Shown in pieces: positions 31,048-45,751 of a DNA stretch of 64,000 nucleotides (the stretch's first letter is position 1; each line of letters starts with the position of its first letter). Source of the DNA: Eledone cirrhosa (taxonomy: Eukaryota); assembly GCA_964016885.1 (NCBI GenBank), contig OZ024742.1, forward strand, positions 108,810,001 through 108,874,000, given 5' to 3'. Under the pieces are notes generated by a model that was given only the letters and a program-made list of their open reading frames with translations, made no database searches and had not been told where the DNA came from. The position numbers were made by a program, and so were the translations under genes.

Positions 31048-34000
31048 TATATACGTGTATATATATATATATTGTGCAGCTTCTTCAAAAAATTAGGTTT
31101 AAGGGTAGAGCTAGACAATAGCAGAAAAATAGTCAACTTCTTAGACATACTATTAGACATAGAATCAGGACTTCACTACCTTTATTACAAGCCGAATGAG
31201 AATTTTCATAATTTCACCTCATAATTACATGAGCATCTGATGATGTCAAATGGAGACTGTCGGTGATATAACTTTAGCATAACCATATCATTGAAATATA
31301 TATTATGCAATAAAACAATTATATAAAAGTAACCCTGTCTTAACATTTCGTGTATATATATATCTTCACCGTTTAACGTCCATTTTCCATGCTTGCATGG
31401 GTTAAACGGGTCATCCATGTCATGAGACAAGTCTGGTCAGTTGGCCGCACCATACCTTGTTCAGATGGAACTGAAAATTTGACTGGTATTTTTACAGCTG
31501 GATACCCTTCCTAACACCAACCATGTTTATATTAATCTAAACTATAATAAAGTAAGGACCGTGGGACTGCATCCAGAATATATTTTTTTATCCCATTTGT
31601 AAAATAAGTTGGATTACTTTGAATAAATAATGAATGAATATTACATAATTTATCTACTAAATTTCGTTATTCTTGATTAAATATAAATAATTTTGTTGCT
31701 TATTTTAAGATTCACTTCTTTAAAATTTTCAAATGTCAACACTTCCGGTTAGCGATCGTTTAAATAAACATTCATATATTTCCCTCATTAATTTTCTCCT
31801 AATGCAGTTTATATATAATTTCGTCTTTTTTTAATGTATCATGGATTACGTTACTGATTACATAAGACAGTGTAATGCAGTCTTCGTTCAATTTCTGTGT
31901 ATATTGTCAATTTTGATTTTATTTGTTGTATCATATCTACATGCATATATACTTGTGTATAATATAAATATGTACACTACACATACTAGCAGAAAACCAC
32001 CCGAAGGGTGGTTTTCTGCTAGTCTTATTAAGGCTAAATGGTGAGTCATGTTACTCTGGAGTTTCACCTGTTTGTCACAGGGTCATCAGACAAGAACTCA
32101 TATCCATTGACTCTGTTCTTGCCTGATGACCCTGTGATAAACAGGCAAAACACCAGAGTAACATGATTCACTATTTAGCCTTAATAAAATGAATATTTAA
32201 ACTCTACTTTGGTATTGAGTACTCTTTTTTCTCAACCATCAACCAGATACGGATATGTGTGTGTGAACTCACACACAGATAAAAAGTGTATGATAAATAT
32301 GCAACAGCTTTAGCAGAGAAAACATTTTAGAACAATGCCGTCTTTTATTTTTTGTTTAACATTTATGTTCCATGAATTCTAAATGATATAGGGTAGCATT
32401 TATGTGACATATGGACAAAAAGGTTATACAGTTATAATATAGATTTTGAAAATTGCACAGACAATTGGGTTACTAATGAAGTATTCTAAATCTTCAGATA
32501 TTATGCTGGCTGGGCAGACAAAAACCATGGCAAGACTATTCCAATCCGTAAGTTTTATATTATATCATTACTAGTGACTTTTGTTCATCTTTCTATCAGG
32601 TGAGCAACTTTAAAAGCTGTTTAACCGGCTTTAATGTTAGCAACTGGGTTTCTAAAACATTTTTAACATACAAAAAAAAACCTTTTAATAGCCAAACTGG
32701 CTATTGAAAGAAAGTGTGTCAATGATGGTGGTGTCCCAACATGATCACAGATATGGAACAGATAAAAGAAGTGAAATTGTAGTGTAACTGAATATTATAG
32801 CAGCAATATGTAAATATAACCTGTAATAAATCTTGTTCATATATCATCATCACTTTTACATCCATTTTCCCATGCTTGCATGTGTTTTGACGGTTCTTTC
32901 TCAGCATGGCATTTCTTCATTTGAGGAACCTGAGAAACAGAAAGTGTGGAAAATTAATTCAAAATATAGCTTGAATAGTCTCATCATTTTGTGGATGGGT
33001 TATTTTTAAATTTATGGGTTTTTACTTAAATATAGATGACATGAACAAGAAATAGTACAATAATAGTTTGTTCTATATATATATCATCATCATCGTTTAA
33101 CATCTATCTTCCACGCTCTATCTTACCTCAAATGGGACAACAGGAATTGTCCCATTTGAGGTAATATTGGTTGGGTAACCATGTCTCTTCCCCACCCCAT
33201 CCCCTAGTCCACACTGTAAAGTGGTCATTTTAGTGACACAATAAAAAACACCCAGTCCACACTGAATGTAGTTGGCATTAGGAAGGACATCCAGTAGAAA
33301 TCAAGCTAAAATCAGTTCTGTATGAGCAAGACAGTCATCTGATCTGGCTTGTCCTACATGGGACTAGTTTAACCCATGCTAGCATGGAAATATGGACATT
33401 AAATGATGATAATGAGAATGATATATAGTACCCTTGATGCTATCAGAGAAATGTTCAATATGCAGGAAAGCAGGAGGAGGATTACAGGTAGGCTAACAAA
33501 GAATGTAGTCTCCACATGTAGCAAATGCAGTAAGTACTATGAGTTCAAAAGAAATAGGTTGTTTTATATAATTGGCTAGCTTTATAGACAGCTTTTATTT
33601 GCTGGGTGATCAAATTCGTTGTAGAGGAGGTTCCTCTGAAAGTTGGAGATAATGCTGGTTAAAGTTCAAAGAGCAACTACTGTCTGAGCTAAGGGTAGAT
33701 TGTATGATTCTTGTGTATGTTAGCTAGACATGGGCCTTGAATAGAGAGGATTCACAAAGGCAATATCATTGTTAATTTTATCTGTCATATCTAAACTACC
33801 TTTATTTAACTTGTGTAATGTTATCTTTCAATTTGAAGTATTTGCTTTTACATTTCCAACTAAATCTCTATACTCTTATGATTTGGCAGCAATAAAATTC
33901 AGTTTGAACTATAAAAACAGGATTTTCTGTATAAAAAATATACAACATAAATAAATATGCTTACAAAGACAAATTTACAGTGGTTTTAATAGTTGTCAAG

Positions 34001-37000
34001 TGAGGAATGGCTGTATATTGCTTTGATAATGTCTGTTAAGTGCTTGAGATTTTGTGTATGTGTTTAGTATGTTACAGTATATTTACTTTTAACAGTATAT
34101 TTAACTTTTAACATGAAACCATATTAGCAAAGCATTCTTGAAAAGTACAAAATTAGAGGTTTCATGCTCTAAAAATCTTAATTAAAAAAGTGTATTTCAT
34201 TAGAAATATTGTCACAAAAGGGTTAAAAGATATTGTTTCCTAATTTTACCAGGTGGAAACCACTTCACCTACACAAGACATGAACCTGTTGGAGTCTGTG
34301 GGCAAATTATACCTGTAAGCATTTCTTTTATTATACAATTTGGATTTTTAGTGTACTTTTAAAAACATTTTGTGTGCCTGTTATCCAAAGGGCCATCCAT
34401 GACACACATTCTGTCATGTTGAATTTACAGAAAAGATGAATTATTTGGTGTCATAACCAGAAAATACAAGGAAGGAATCGGATGAACAAACAGTCCATAA
34501 ATACTGAAGCATAAAATATGTTGCTTGGTGAAATATGTTGCTTCTCAATGGAATAACATCAACTGGTGCACATAATTACAGTGTTCTCAACAATAAAATG
34601 GACCTCCATGGGTTTTACAAATGAGGTTGAAGTTGATTAAAATAACTAGAACACTCATTATTGGAACTGACAGAAGTCCAACAACCACATGAACTTGTAT
34701 CTGGATCAATTGCCTAATGCATATTTAATGTTTCAACAACATCATCATCATCGTCATTTTACGTCCGCTTTTCCCTGCTTGCAAGGGTGGGACAGGAACT
34801 GATTCTGGCTTGATTTCTACAGCTGGATGCCCTTCCTAACACCAACCTCATCTACAGTGAGTGCTGGGTGCTTTTTTTTGCCATGGCACCTACACGACCA
34901 CTTTACAGTGTGGTCTGAGTGCTTTTTTGCCGACCACTTTGCAGAAATATCTTGTTCACTCAGTTGTAACAACTTTACCTATTTTCTGTATGTGTGGCAT
35001 AGTGATGCAGCATGGTTCACTTCACAATCATTAGTAACTGAGTTAGTTATATATGAAAAGATCTTATTTATAAAAAGAGACATAGACATTTTATTTTGGT
35101 ATAACAATATATCATCATCATCATCGTTTAATGTCTATCTTCCACACTAGCGTGAGTTTAGATGGGAATTGTCCCACTTGAGGCAAGATTGGTCAGGTGA
35201 CCGTGTCTCGCAAGTATAGGACTGTCTGGCAGGTTTTATATGGCTGGATGCCCTTCCTAACACCAATCACATTTACAGTGTGGACTGGGAGGTTTTTACT
35301 GTGTTACCTACATGGCCACATTACAGCGTGGACTGTGTTTTTTTGTCGTGACACCTACACGACCGCACGACCTCATTTATTTATATATATAAGAAAGAAA
35401 GTTCAAGCATGTTCTACAACGCGATGACCAAAAACGTGAGGTGTTCAGGATTGCCAGGCAATGCGTCAAGGAAAACCGTGATATTGTCGGGGAGAAGTGT
35501 GTACTTAACGATGATGGCATACTTGCCATCACCGACACTGATAAGAAGGTAGCTTGGAAGTGTCACTATGAAAGGCTACTAAATGAGGAGAATAAATGGG
35601 AGAAAGACAGTCTCCCCCATATCGACCCGATAGAGGGACCAGCAGTGTTAGTCGAGGGGAGTATAATAAGTAAGGCAATCAAGGATATGAAGACTGGTAA
35701 GGCGGCTGGGCCTTCGGAAATAGTTGCTGAGATGCTGAAGGCATCTGGCACGGTGGGACACACCATGGTCACCCGCATAGTTAACCAAGTCGTACAGAAT
35801 GGGGTTGTTCCGAAGGACTGGCATAGCAGCATCATCGTTAACTGTTATAAGGGTAAAGGAGACGCCCTAGATAGGAGTAACTATAGAGGCATTAAATTAA
35901 TCGACCAGGTCATGAAGGTCACGGAAAAAGTAATAGCGCAACTAATCAGAGAGAGAATTGATCTAGATGAAATGCAGTTCGGGTTTGTGTCAGGCAAAAG
36001 CACCACAGACGCTCTTTTCATAGTACGACAACTACAGGAGAAGTACCTAGCTAAAGGTAAACCCCTCTACTTAGCTTTTGTCGACCTGGAGAAAGCCTTC
36101 GACAGAGTCCCCCGCTCCATTATCTGGTGGGCTCTTAGAAAACTAGGCGTTGACGAATGGCTTGTGAGGGCTATACAAGCCATGTATAAAGAAACAGTCA
36201 GCAAGGTTAGAATTAACAACGAATATAGTGAAGAGTTTAGCGTAAAAGTTGGCGTCCATCAGGGCTCTGTTCTCAGCCCCCTACTATTTATTATTGCCCT
36301 TCAGGCTATAACAGAGGAGTTCAAGACAGGCTGCCCATGGGAACTCCTATACGCAGACGACCTGACACTCATAGCGGAATCAATGGCCGAGCTAGAGAAG
36401 AAATTCCAAACATGGAAGCACGGCCTAGAGTCAAAAGGACTTAAAATTAACCTGGCTAAGACCAAAGTTCTAGTTTGTAGGAAAGAAAACAAGGCGGCGG
36501 TCCCTTCTGGGAAATGGTCGTGCTCGGTATGTAGGAAAGGCGTAGGTAGAAACTCCATCTTATGTCCTAAATGCAAAGTATGGGTGCATAAAAGATGTAG
36601 TGGGATCACAGGTAAGCTAACTAAGAACATAGACTTTACATGTGGCCGATGTTCTGGTGCAATAAGTAGCAGCAAGTGCCCACAAAATACTAGCTCTTTC
36701 AATTGCGCAGAGGGTTCTATAGAAATAGTGGACAGCTTCCGTTACCTGGGCGATAAAATCAGCAGTGGGGGAGGGTGCTCTGAAAGTACTGTAGCTAGAG
36801 TCAGAACTGGTTGGAAAAAGTTCAGAGAGCTTATACCACTATTAGCTGCTAAAGGGTTCTCCCTAAAAATGAAAGGCAGGTTGTACGATGCCTGCATACG
36901 AACAGCAATGTTGCATGGTAGTGAGACCTGGGCATTGTGTGCAGAGGATATACGCAGACTAGAGAGGAACGAAGCTTGCATGCTCCGCTGGATGTGTAAC

Positions 37001-40000
37001 AGTAATATACGTGAACGGCAAAGCATAAACGAACTAAGGAAAAAATTAGAGATAAGAGGGATCAGATGTTGTTTACTCGAGAGAAGGCTGCGTTGGTATG
37101 GACACGTGATGCGCATGAAAGTCGATAGCTGTATTACAAAGTGCAGGGCAATAAAGATAGACGGTAGCCACGGAATAGGCAGACCTAGAAAAACATGGGA
37201 TGAGCTGATAAACTCCAACCTCATACACTTACACCTCTCCAAGACAATGTCACTGGACCGAGACCTTTGGCGGTACTCAGTAACAGAGAAGACCCGCCTT
37301 GCCAGTAGGCATCTCTAACAAACTACACCCCGTCCCGCCACCACCCCCACCCCATCCACACCACCCCGTTCCATGTAAAGTTATGTTGGTGCCGCGCCAT
37401 CCAGGCCGAAACAAACGAGATCGTGTAGGTGTCACGACAAAAAAACACACAGTCCACGCTGTAATGTGGCCGTGTAGGCAACACGGTAAAAACCTCCCAG
37501 ACCCACACTGTAAATGTGGTTGGTGTTAGGAAGGGCATCCAGCCGTAGAAAACCTGCCAGACAGTCCTATGCGAGCAAGACAATCACTCTTGCCTCAAGT
37601 GGGACTACCCCCGTCCAAACCCATGCAAGCGTGGAACACGGACGTTAAACGTTGATGATGATGATGATGATGATGATATATATATGAAAAGATCTTATTT
37701 ATAAAAAGAGACATAGAGACATTTTATTTTGGTATAACAATTTGGAATCAAAACATCAAATATGTTAGAATTGTGTGCTTTTCAATAGAGAAGAAGCTCA
37801 ATAGACTTTATTCAAAGCCATATTAATTCAAATGTAAAAGATATATGTATATATATATAGAGAGAGAAAGGACCATATATCGTAGAGAATACATAATATA
37901 TTGTATATATATATATATATATATATATACTCAGCACATATTTCAGAGAGAAATATGTACTCTAGATCACAAGTTCTCAACCCATTTAGGCCAAACGCCC
38001 CCCCCCCCCTTATTTTTCCATTTTTCAATATACTACTTATTTTGATATCTGTAGATTACTAAAAAATTGATTAACGATATTCCAAAGATACTATTGCAGG
38101 CAGCTGACAGTATAAATACATTCCTTGAAAGGAAATATATAAATTTCAAAAAAAGGAACATAAATGTTTTTTTTATGAATAAGGACCAGTTGAATTTGTT
38201 ATATTCCCACCAGGCGATACCAACTATTTTGAGCATTTATACAAGAGCAACTCTGTCTATCCAAAGAGTGCTCTTATCTGGAAGAAAGTGGCAATTATAT
38301 CATTTCAAAGCTTTCCAATTTTCCCTTTAATGAAACGAACAGAATAAATGTTGATATCTAACTTGATGTCCCCTTTGCTTTGTGAGCTTAGAGACCACGG
38401 AAGAGGGTTTTCATGACCACGTGGGAGGGTATATTTATTAGTAAATGGTAAAATATATACAGCAAATGAGTAAGTGAATTGTAGTAGATGGTTTCCAGTC
38501 CAGTCAGACTGCAACTACAAATAAAAAAAAATTGTTAGTTTGCTTTGTAACAATAGCATATCCAAGTTTTCGGATAAATCAACTTACTTTAACTTTGACC
38601 TCATTTCAATGGGACCCTTGAACTTTATGGAGTCTAGCTAACTCTTTGACGTCAGGCTAGATTTTCGTAAGATGTAGCCGGAGATCTCCATGTGCAATTA
38701 CATTGTAGCGGTTGCGAGCCTTACTGTGCAGTCTGGAAACAGCACCAAACCTCCTCTTGACTAAGTATGAGCTTGGAAAAGGCAGAGCAAATCTCTTAGC
38801 CTCTACATGTAGGTGTGGAAATTGACATTGAATTTCCTCTTGCATCCAAAAAAGGGGTTCACCTATTTTAGGAAATCTAATTTTGATCATGTCATCTGCT
38901 TGAAGTTCAATGAATTCTTCCTGAAATATAACGTCCAAATCATCAACATTAGCTATGAAGGGATCTGCTACCCACATTGGGTTGTCCATCGGCAAAAGGT
39001 CGACAAACCATTCTCTCATGTTGTCTTGTAGTTCACGGAGGTGAGTGGTATAAATTTGGAGTTGGTCATTGTTTACAATGTTTTGAACATTGGCGACACT
39101 AGGAAAATTATAGAATTCCCGTCAACAAAGATTCTTTTCGATGACATTCAATTTGGCCAGAAATGTTTTCATTCCTTGCTTTAAGCAAGGTGATCTTCTT
39201 CCCCTGCAAAGCCAAAATGACGCTATTGCATTTGTTGACGATGTTGGTAAGGTAGGCGCAGTTTTGCCTCACATCGAGGGTTTTCTTGTACAGTTCTGCG
39301 TTGCGTCCTCGTAGAAACTCAATGATAGAGTCGAACAGTTCAAAGAAGTGAGTAAGGCTCTTTGAAAGCCACCTCACTTCATTATGAAGGAGCAACTTGA
39401 CGAATTCTTCGTCATTATTTTGGCACAGTTGCTGGAAAATTTGTTCATTGAGGGAATGCCGTTTGATAAAATTGATGACATCCAGGGCCACCTGCAAGGA
39501 CTTGGTCAGCGCCGTGCTTAGTTTCTTCGCAGCCAAGTGTTGTTGATGAATGACACAATGAACAACAAATACAGATAGATTTTCTTTCTTCAGAAGAGTG
39601 ACAAAACCCTTATGTTGGCCGACCATTGCTCTTGCGTCGTCCGATACAATGTGTGTTGTATTTGGTCCTAGATGTATGTATTACCTGCCTATGTATTGTA
39701 GGTAGTCCTAGATGTATGTATTACCTTCTTATGTGTTGCATGTGGTCCTAAATGTATGTATTACCTGCCTGTCTGTTTTATGTGGTCCTAGATGTGTGTG
39801 TGCTACCTCCTTATGTGTTCCATGTGGTCCTAGATGTATGTATTACCTGCTTATGTGTTGTATGTGGTCCTAGATGCGTGTATTACCTGCTTATGTGTTG
39901 TATGTGGTCCTAGATGTGTGTGCTAGGGGGTGCATATGCCCCCCGTTGAGAACCTTTGCTCTAGATGTAATCAGTAGAGTTTCCTATAGCGCTATTTCAT

Positions 40001-43000
40001 GTTCAGTAGACTGTAATTCAAAATCAATTTATGTAATTGATTATCGATCACAAACTATTGATTATGATTAAACTACTCTGAAATATGTGGTAAGTATATA
40101 TATATATATATATAAAATTAACCTGGCTAAGACTAAAGTTCTAGTTTGTAAGAAAGAAAATAAGGCGGCGGTCCCCTCCGGGAAGTGGCCATGCTCAGTG
40201 TGTAGGAAAGGCGTAGGTAGAAACTCCATTTTGTGTCCCAAATGCAAAGTATGGGTGCATAAAAGATGTAGTGGGATCACAGGTAAGCTAACTAAGAACA
40301 TAGATTTTACATGTGGCCGGTGTTCTGGGGCAATAAGTAGCAGCAAGTGCCCCAAAAATACTAGCTCTTTCAACTGCGCAGAGGGTTCTATAGAAATAGT
40401 GGACAGCTTCCGTTACCTGGGTGACAAAATCAGCAGTGGGGGAGGGTGCTCTGAAAGTACAGTAGCTAGAGTCAGAACTGGATGGAAAAAGTTCAGAGAG
40501 CTTATACCGCTATTAGCCGCTAAAGGGTTCTCCCTAAAAATGAAAGGCAGGTTGTACAATGCCTGCATATGAACAGCAATGTTGCATGGCAGTGAGACCT
40601 GGGCATTGTGTGCAGAGGATATACGCAGACTAGAGAGAAACGAAGCTTGCATGCTCCGCTGGATGTGTAATAGTAATATACGTGAACGGCAAAGCATAAA
40701 CGAACTAAGGAAAAAATTAGAAATAAGAGGGATCAGATGTTGTTTACTCGAGAGAAGGCTACGTTGGTATGGTCACGTGATGCGCATGAAGGACGATAGC
40801 TGTATAACAAAGTGCAGGGCAATAAAGATAGACGGTAGCCACGGAATAGGCAGACCCAGAAAAACCTGGGACGAGCTGATAAATTCCGACCTCACACACT
40901 TACACCTCACCAAGACAATGTCACTGGACCGAGACCTTTGGCGGTACTCAGTAATAGAGAAGACCCGCCTTACCTAAATACAAAGTTAAACCTACTACAG
41001 TCAGTAGGCATCTCTAACAAAATACACCCCCGTCCCACCACCCCCACCCCATCCACACCGCCCCTTTCAATGTAAAGTTATGTTGGTGCCACAACATCCA
41101 GGCCGAAACAAATGAGATCGTGTAGGTGTCACGTCAAAAAACACACAGTTCACGCTGTAATGTGGCCGTGTAGGCAACACGGTAAAAACCTCCCAGCCCC
41201 ATACTGTAAATGTGGTTGGTGTTAGGAAGGGCATCCAGCTGTAGAAAACCCGCCAGATAGTCCTATGCGAGCAAGATAACCACTCTTGCCTCAAGTGGGA
41301 AAACCCTCCGTCCAAACACATGCAAGCGTGGAACACGGACGTTAAACGATGATGATGTTGATGATGATGATATACGGGGTAACAAATAATAGTTATATGC
41401 AGTCCACTTAGGTGTAGTCCAGTTATGGTATTCTGGGTAGTGGATGATATCAACGCTTGGCTTGGTTTGACTCAACAAGGCGTTTTCATAGTGATGTTGC
41501 GAGTATGCTGTAATTCCTATGTTGTAAACACTTGGAGTAATAATAAATCAGGAAAGAAGATTGACATGGTTTGCTATACAAAAAAGGTTTTTAATCTCAT
41601 TGCTGACAATAGTTTCTCTGAACTGGTAGGTCTAGAGATCGCTATTCGCTTATTTTCACGTTACTCGATCGCCAATACAAAATTATAACCAGTCAGTTCT
41701 TTGGAGCATGCGAGAATGAAGAGGATATACAGGCATGAAAGGAATATACAGGCTACTATATGAAGTAGTAATGTCATTCAGTTAGAACAATAACAACAAT
41801 TACAACAATGCTAGTAATAAATTATTTGAGGAGACCCTGACATTACATTAGGTGGGGGGTATAGTGTTTCTAAGATTTCGGCATGTAAAGCTAGCTGACA
41901 TGAAGCAGAAGTATAAGGTTGACATGTAAGGAGTGTCGTAGGGTGTATTATATCAATTTTAAAGATAAGCCGGTGTTTATCAACAATGTAGGTCAGGTGG
42001 CCGTAATGTTCAGTATTTATCTGACTGACGAAGTATTTATCATTGAGTAGAATTTGTGTGGTCTACATTAGATGAGAATACAGTCTTTCTTTTCATCTTC
42101 AATAACATACATGTATGGGACAACACTGTCAAAGCTAAATAATGGGCAAGTTAATACAGAGGTTACGGAGGCAAAATATATATATATATATATATACATA
42201 TATACATCTACAGTTTACTCAGCTGTAGAAATGAGATGATAGGGACTGGGGTCCATATTCCACTGCAAAGTGGTCGTGGAGGTGCCACGGCAAAAAAGCA
42301 CCCAGCACTCACTGTAAATGAGGTTGGTGTTAGGAAGGGCATCCAGCTGTAGAAATCAAGCCAGAATCAGTTCCCGTCCCACCCTTGCAAGCAGGGAAAA
42401 AGCGGACGTAAAATGAAATGAAATGAAATGATAGGGACCGAATACTAACGCAAGGGAATTTTCTAAGGAGAATTACGTGTTTAAATCCTGCAAAAACCCG
42501 CCAAACAACCCCGCACTCGATGCCTTCGAGCTAGACCTTATGAACATAAGTGAAACTAAATTCAAAAAAGGAACAAATCACAACAAATTACAAAATGACT
42601 TAAATACACTACTAAAAAAACTAAAAGACACTAACGGTATCATAGTAAAAGCAGACAAAACATCAAACGTATACTCTATGGACATTAACACATACAATAG
42701 CTTTATCCAGCGCGAACTACATAAAAAATACAAAAAAAAACAAATGAATCTACACTCACCAGCATTAACGTGGAGGGCCTCAAGATAGTTAATAAACTCG
42801 GAATTCCCGATAGGACCGAATCGCTAACCCCGTGCAACCCAACATTTAACCTGAAGGATCACAAAAATAATTTTGAAACAAACCCCACCATTAGATTAAT
42901 ATGCCCATCCAAGTCAGACATAGGCAAAATTAGCAAGAACATTCTAGATAGGGTAATCGCACAAATAAAGGGTAAACTAGAAATCAATTTATGGGGTAAC

Positions 43001-45694
43001 ACTAACGAGGCAATTGAATGGTTCAATAAAATAAAAAATAGGGAGATGTGTAACTTCATACAATTTGATATAGACGACTACTATGCATCCATATCCCCAG
43101 CTACCCTAGATAAGGCGCTTATATTTGCCCAAAATAACTCCGATCTTACCCATGATGAAATTGAAATAATAATAGCGGCTAGAAGGACTATCATAAAATT
43201 TGAAAATAGCTACTGGGTAAGAAAAGATAGGATAAACAGCTTCGATATAACAATGGGATCAAATGACTCTGCGCAAATCACAGATATCGTGGGGCTATTC
43301 ATAGCACACAACCTACATAAGGAATTCAGTAACCTCCAAGGAGGAATTTATAGGGACGACACGCTACTTATAGCTAGGAACCTAAACAACCAGAGCATGG
43401 AAAGATTAAGAAAAAACATTAGAATATTCTTCAAAAAACTAGGCCTAAGTATTACCTACGAACTGAACCATAAGAAGGTAAACTTTCTAGATGTGACTCT
43501 AAATCTAAATACGGGATTAATAGAACCTTTCCACAAAAATAATGAAAATCTAGCCTACATTAGTTACAACTCAAACCACCCCAAATCCATAATCAGATCC
43601 ATAGCATGTAGTATATCTCTTCGAATATCCCGCTTATCCTCTAACCTAGAAATCTTTAACGAACATGCTGACTATTATAATGCAGCATTACGTAGGGCCG
43701 GTCATAAAGATAAACTGCAGTATATAGTGAATAAAGACAACGTAAACAATCCTAGTAACAACTACACCAACCGCTCACACAATAATAGAAATAGCTGGAC
43801 TAGACATAGGGTTAGGCACGTTGCACCTGGAGTGAACGGTCAAAACACTAATAACGTAAACCCAGGAAACAATAGAAGAATCAGACAAAGAAAATACCTA
43901 TGGTTCAACCCAATATTCAACTCCTCTATAAAAACTAGACTGCCCTCTACATTCTTTAAACTAATAGATAAACACTTCCCTATTTCACATAGATATCATA
44001 AAATACTCAATAGATTTACTATAAAACTCTCATACTCGACAGCAACAAATATAGAATCACACATACGCAAGATCAACCACAGAAATATCTCTAGTAAATC
44101 AGCCGCACCTATGCACAACGTAGCACCAAATTATAAGCATAAACGCATCACAGTATCACAACCGCAAGCGCGCAGCAGCAAAACCCCAATGGGCATATAT
44201 CACAACCCACTTATAACAGAGTACTAAACAGGAGTGTAGAAGCTGCACAAAATAGCACCTCAAACTAACTGTCACCTACCAGATAGGTGCCCATTGGCGA
44301 ACAGATGTCTCGATTCGAGCCTAGTGTACATGTGCACGGTCAACTCGGATAACTCCACCTGGAATTACATAGGATCCACCGCGGGTTCTTTTAAAAAAAG
44401 ATGGTCTGTGCACAGGCACTCGATGAAAAACCGTGCACTTATGGGTTCCACAACCCTCGCCAAAAAAATATGGGAACTAAAGGACAACAACACAAACTAC
44501 AGTATTAACTGGTCGAAGTTGTCGGCTGCTAAAACCTATAGTACAAGTATGTCCCACTGCGGGCTATGTGATCTAGAACTAATGTATATCCTCAAAAATG
44601 TAAAAAGGCTACTTAACAATAAGTTAGAAAGATCTATCTTCTGCAGACATAGAATTGCCACTAAATTCATAAGATTCAAACCTCCGTGAATCGAACCAAC
44701 ACAACATAGCTTTAAACTAGGATACCCACTACCCTGCATAAATCACCACAGAAATATACTCATTAAGTACACTCTAGCCTTCACAGTTCTATACCACACA
44801 AATGTCTGTAAGTACCTCATCAACCCATAAACTTATTCCTTCTCAGCTGCTGCCATCATTTGATCCTAAATCCGAGAATTTCTCACTACTACAATGTAAC
44901 TTTACCTTCCTTTTGCCATAATTACAGTCAGCATGTTTATCTCTTTGCATGTATGTATGTATTTGTCCGAGTGTATATTGATGTGTATGTATATGTCTAT
45001 GTACTCGCGCGTGTGTATATATATATATGTGTGTGTATATATGTATATATATATATATATATATATTGCCTCCTTAACCTCTGTATTAACTTGCCCATTA
45101 TTTAGCTTTGACAGTGTTGTCCCATACATGTATGTTATTGAAGATGAAAAGAAAGACTGTATTCTCATCTAATGTAGACCACACAAATTCTACTCAATGA
45201 TAAATACTTCGTCGATCAGATAAATACTGAACATTACGGCCACCTGACCTACATTGTTGATAAACACCGGCTTATCTTTAAAATTGATATAATACACCCT
45301 ACGACACTCCTTACATGTCAACCTTATACTTCTGCTTCATGTCAGCTAGTTTTACATGCCGAAATCTTAGATACACTATACCCCCCACCTAATGTAATGT
45401 CAGGGTCTCCTCAAATAATTTATTACTAGCATTGTTGTAATTGTTGTTATTGTTCTAACTGAATGCCATTACTACTTCATATAGTAGCCTGTATATTCTT
45501 TTCTTGCCTGTATATCCTCTTCATTCTCGCATGCTCCGAAGAACTGACTGGTTATAATTTTGTATTGGCGATCGAGTAACGTGAAAACAAGCGAATAGCG
45601 ATCTCTAGACCTACCAGTTCAGAGAAACAATTGTCAGCAATGAGATTAAAAACCTTTTTTGTATAGCAAACCATGTCAATCTTCTTTCCTGATT

Positions 45695-45751
<57 letters not shown>

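Noticed and set aside
38657-39626. Domesticated ZBED/SCAND3-type host gene
   Set aside because: The frames are broken and lie between TIRs with an 8-bp TSD, so this is a decayed transposon.
44225-44240. Selenocysteine or read-through recoding in the Naiad-type ORF
   Set aside because: The in-frame stops are TAA and TAG, not TGA, and the copy also has a frameshift, so decay is the simpler explanation.
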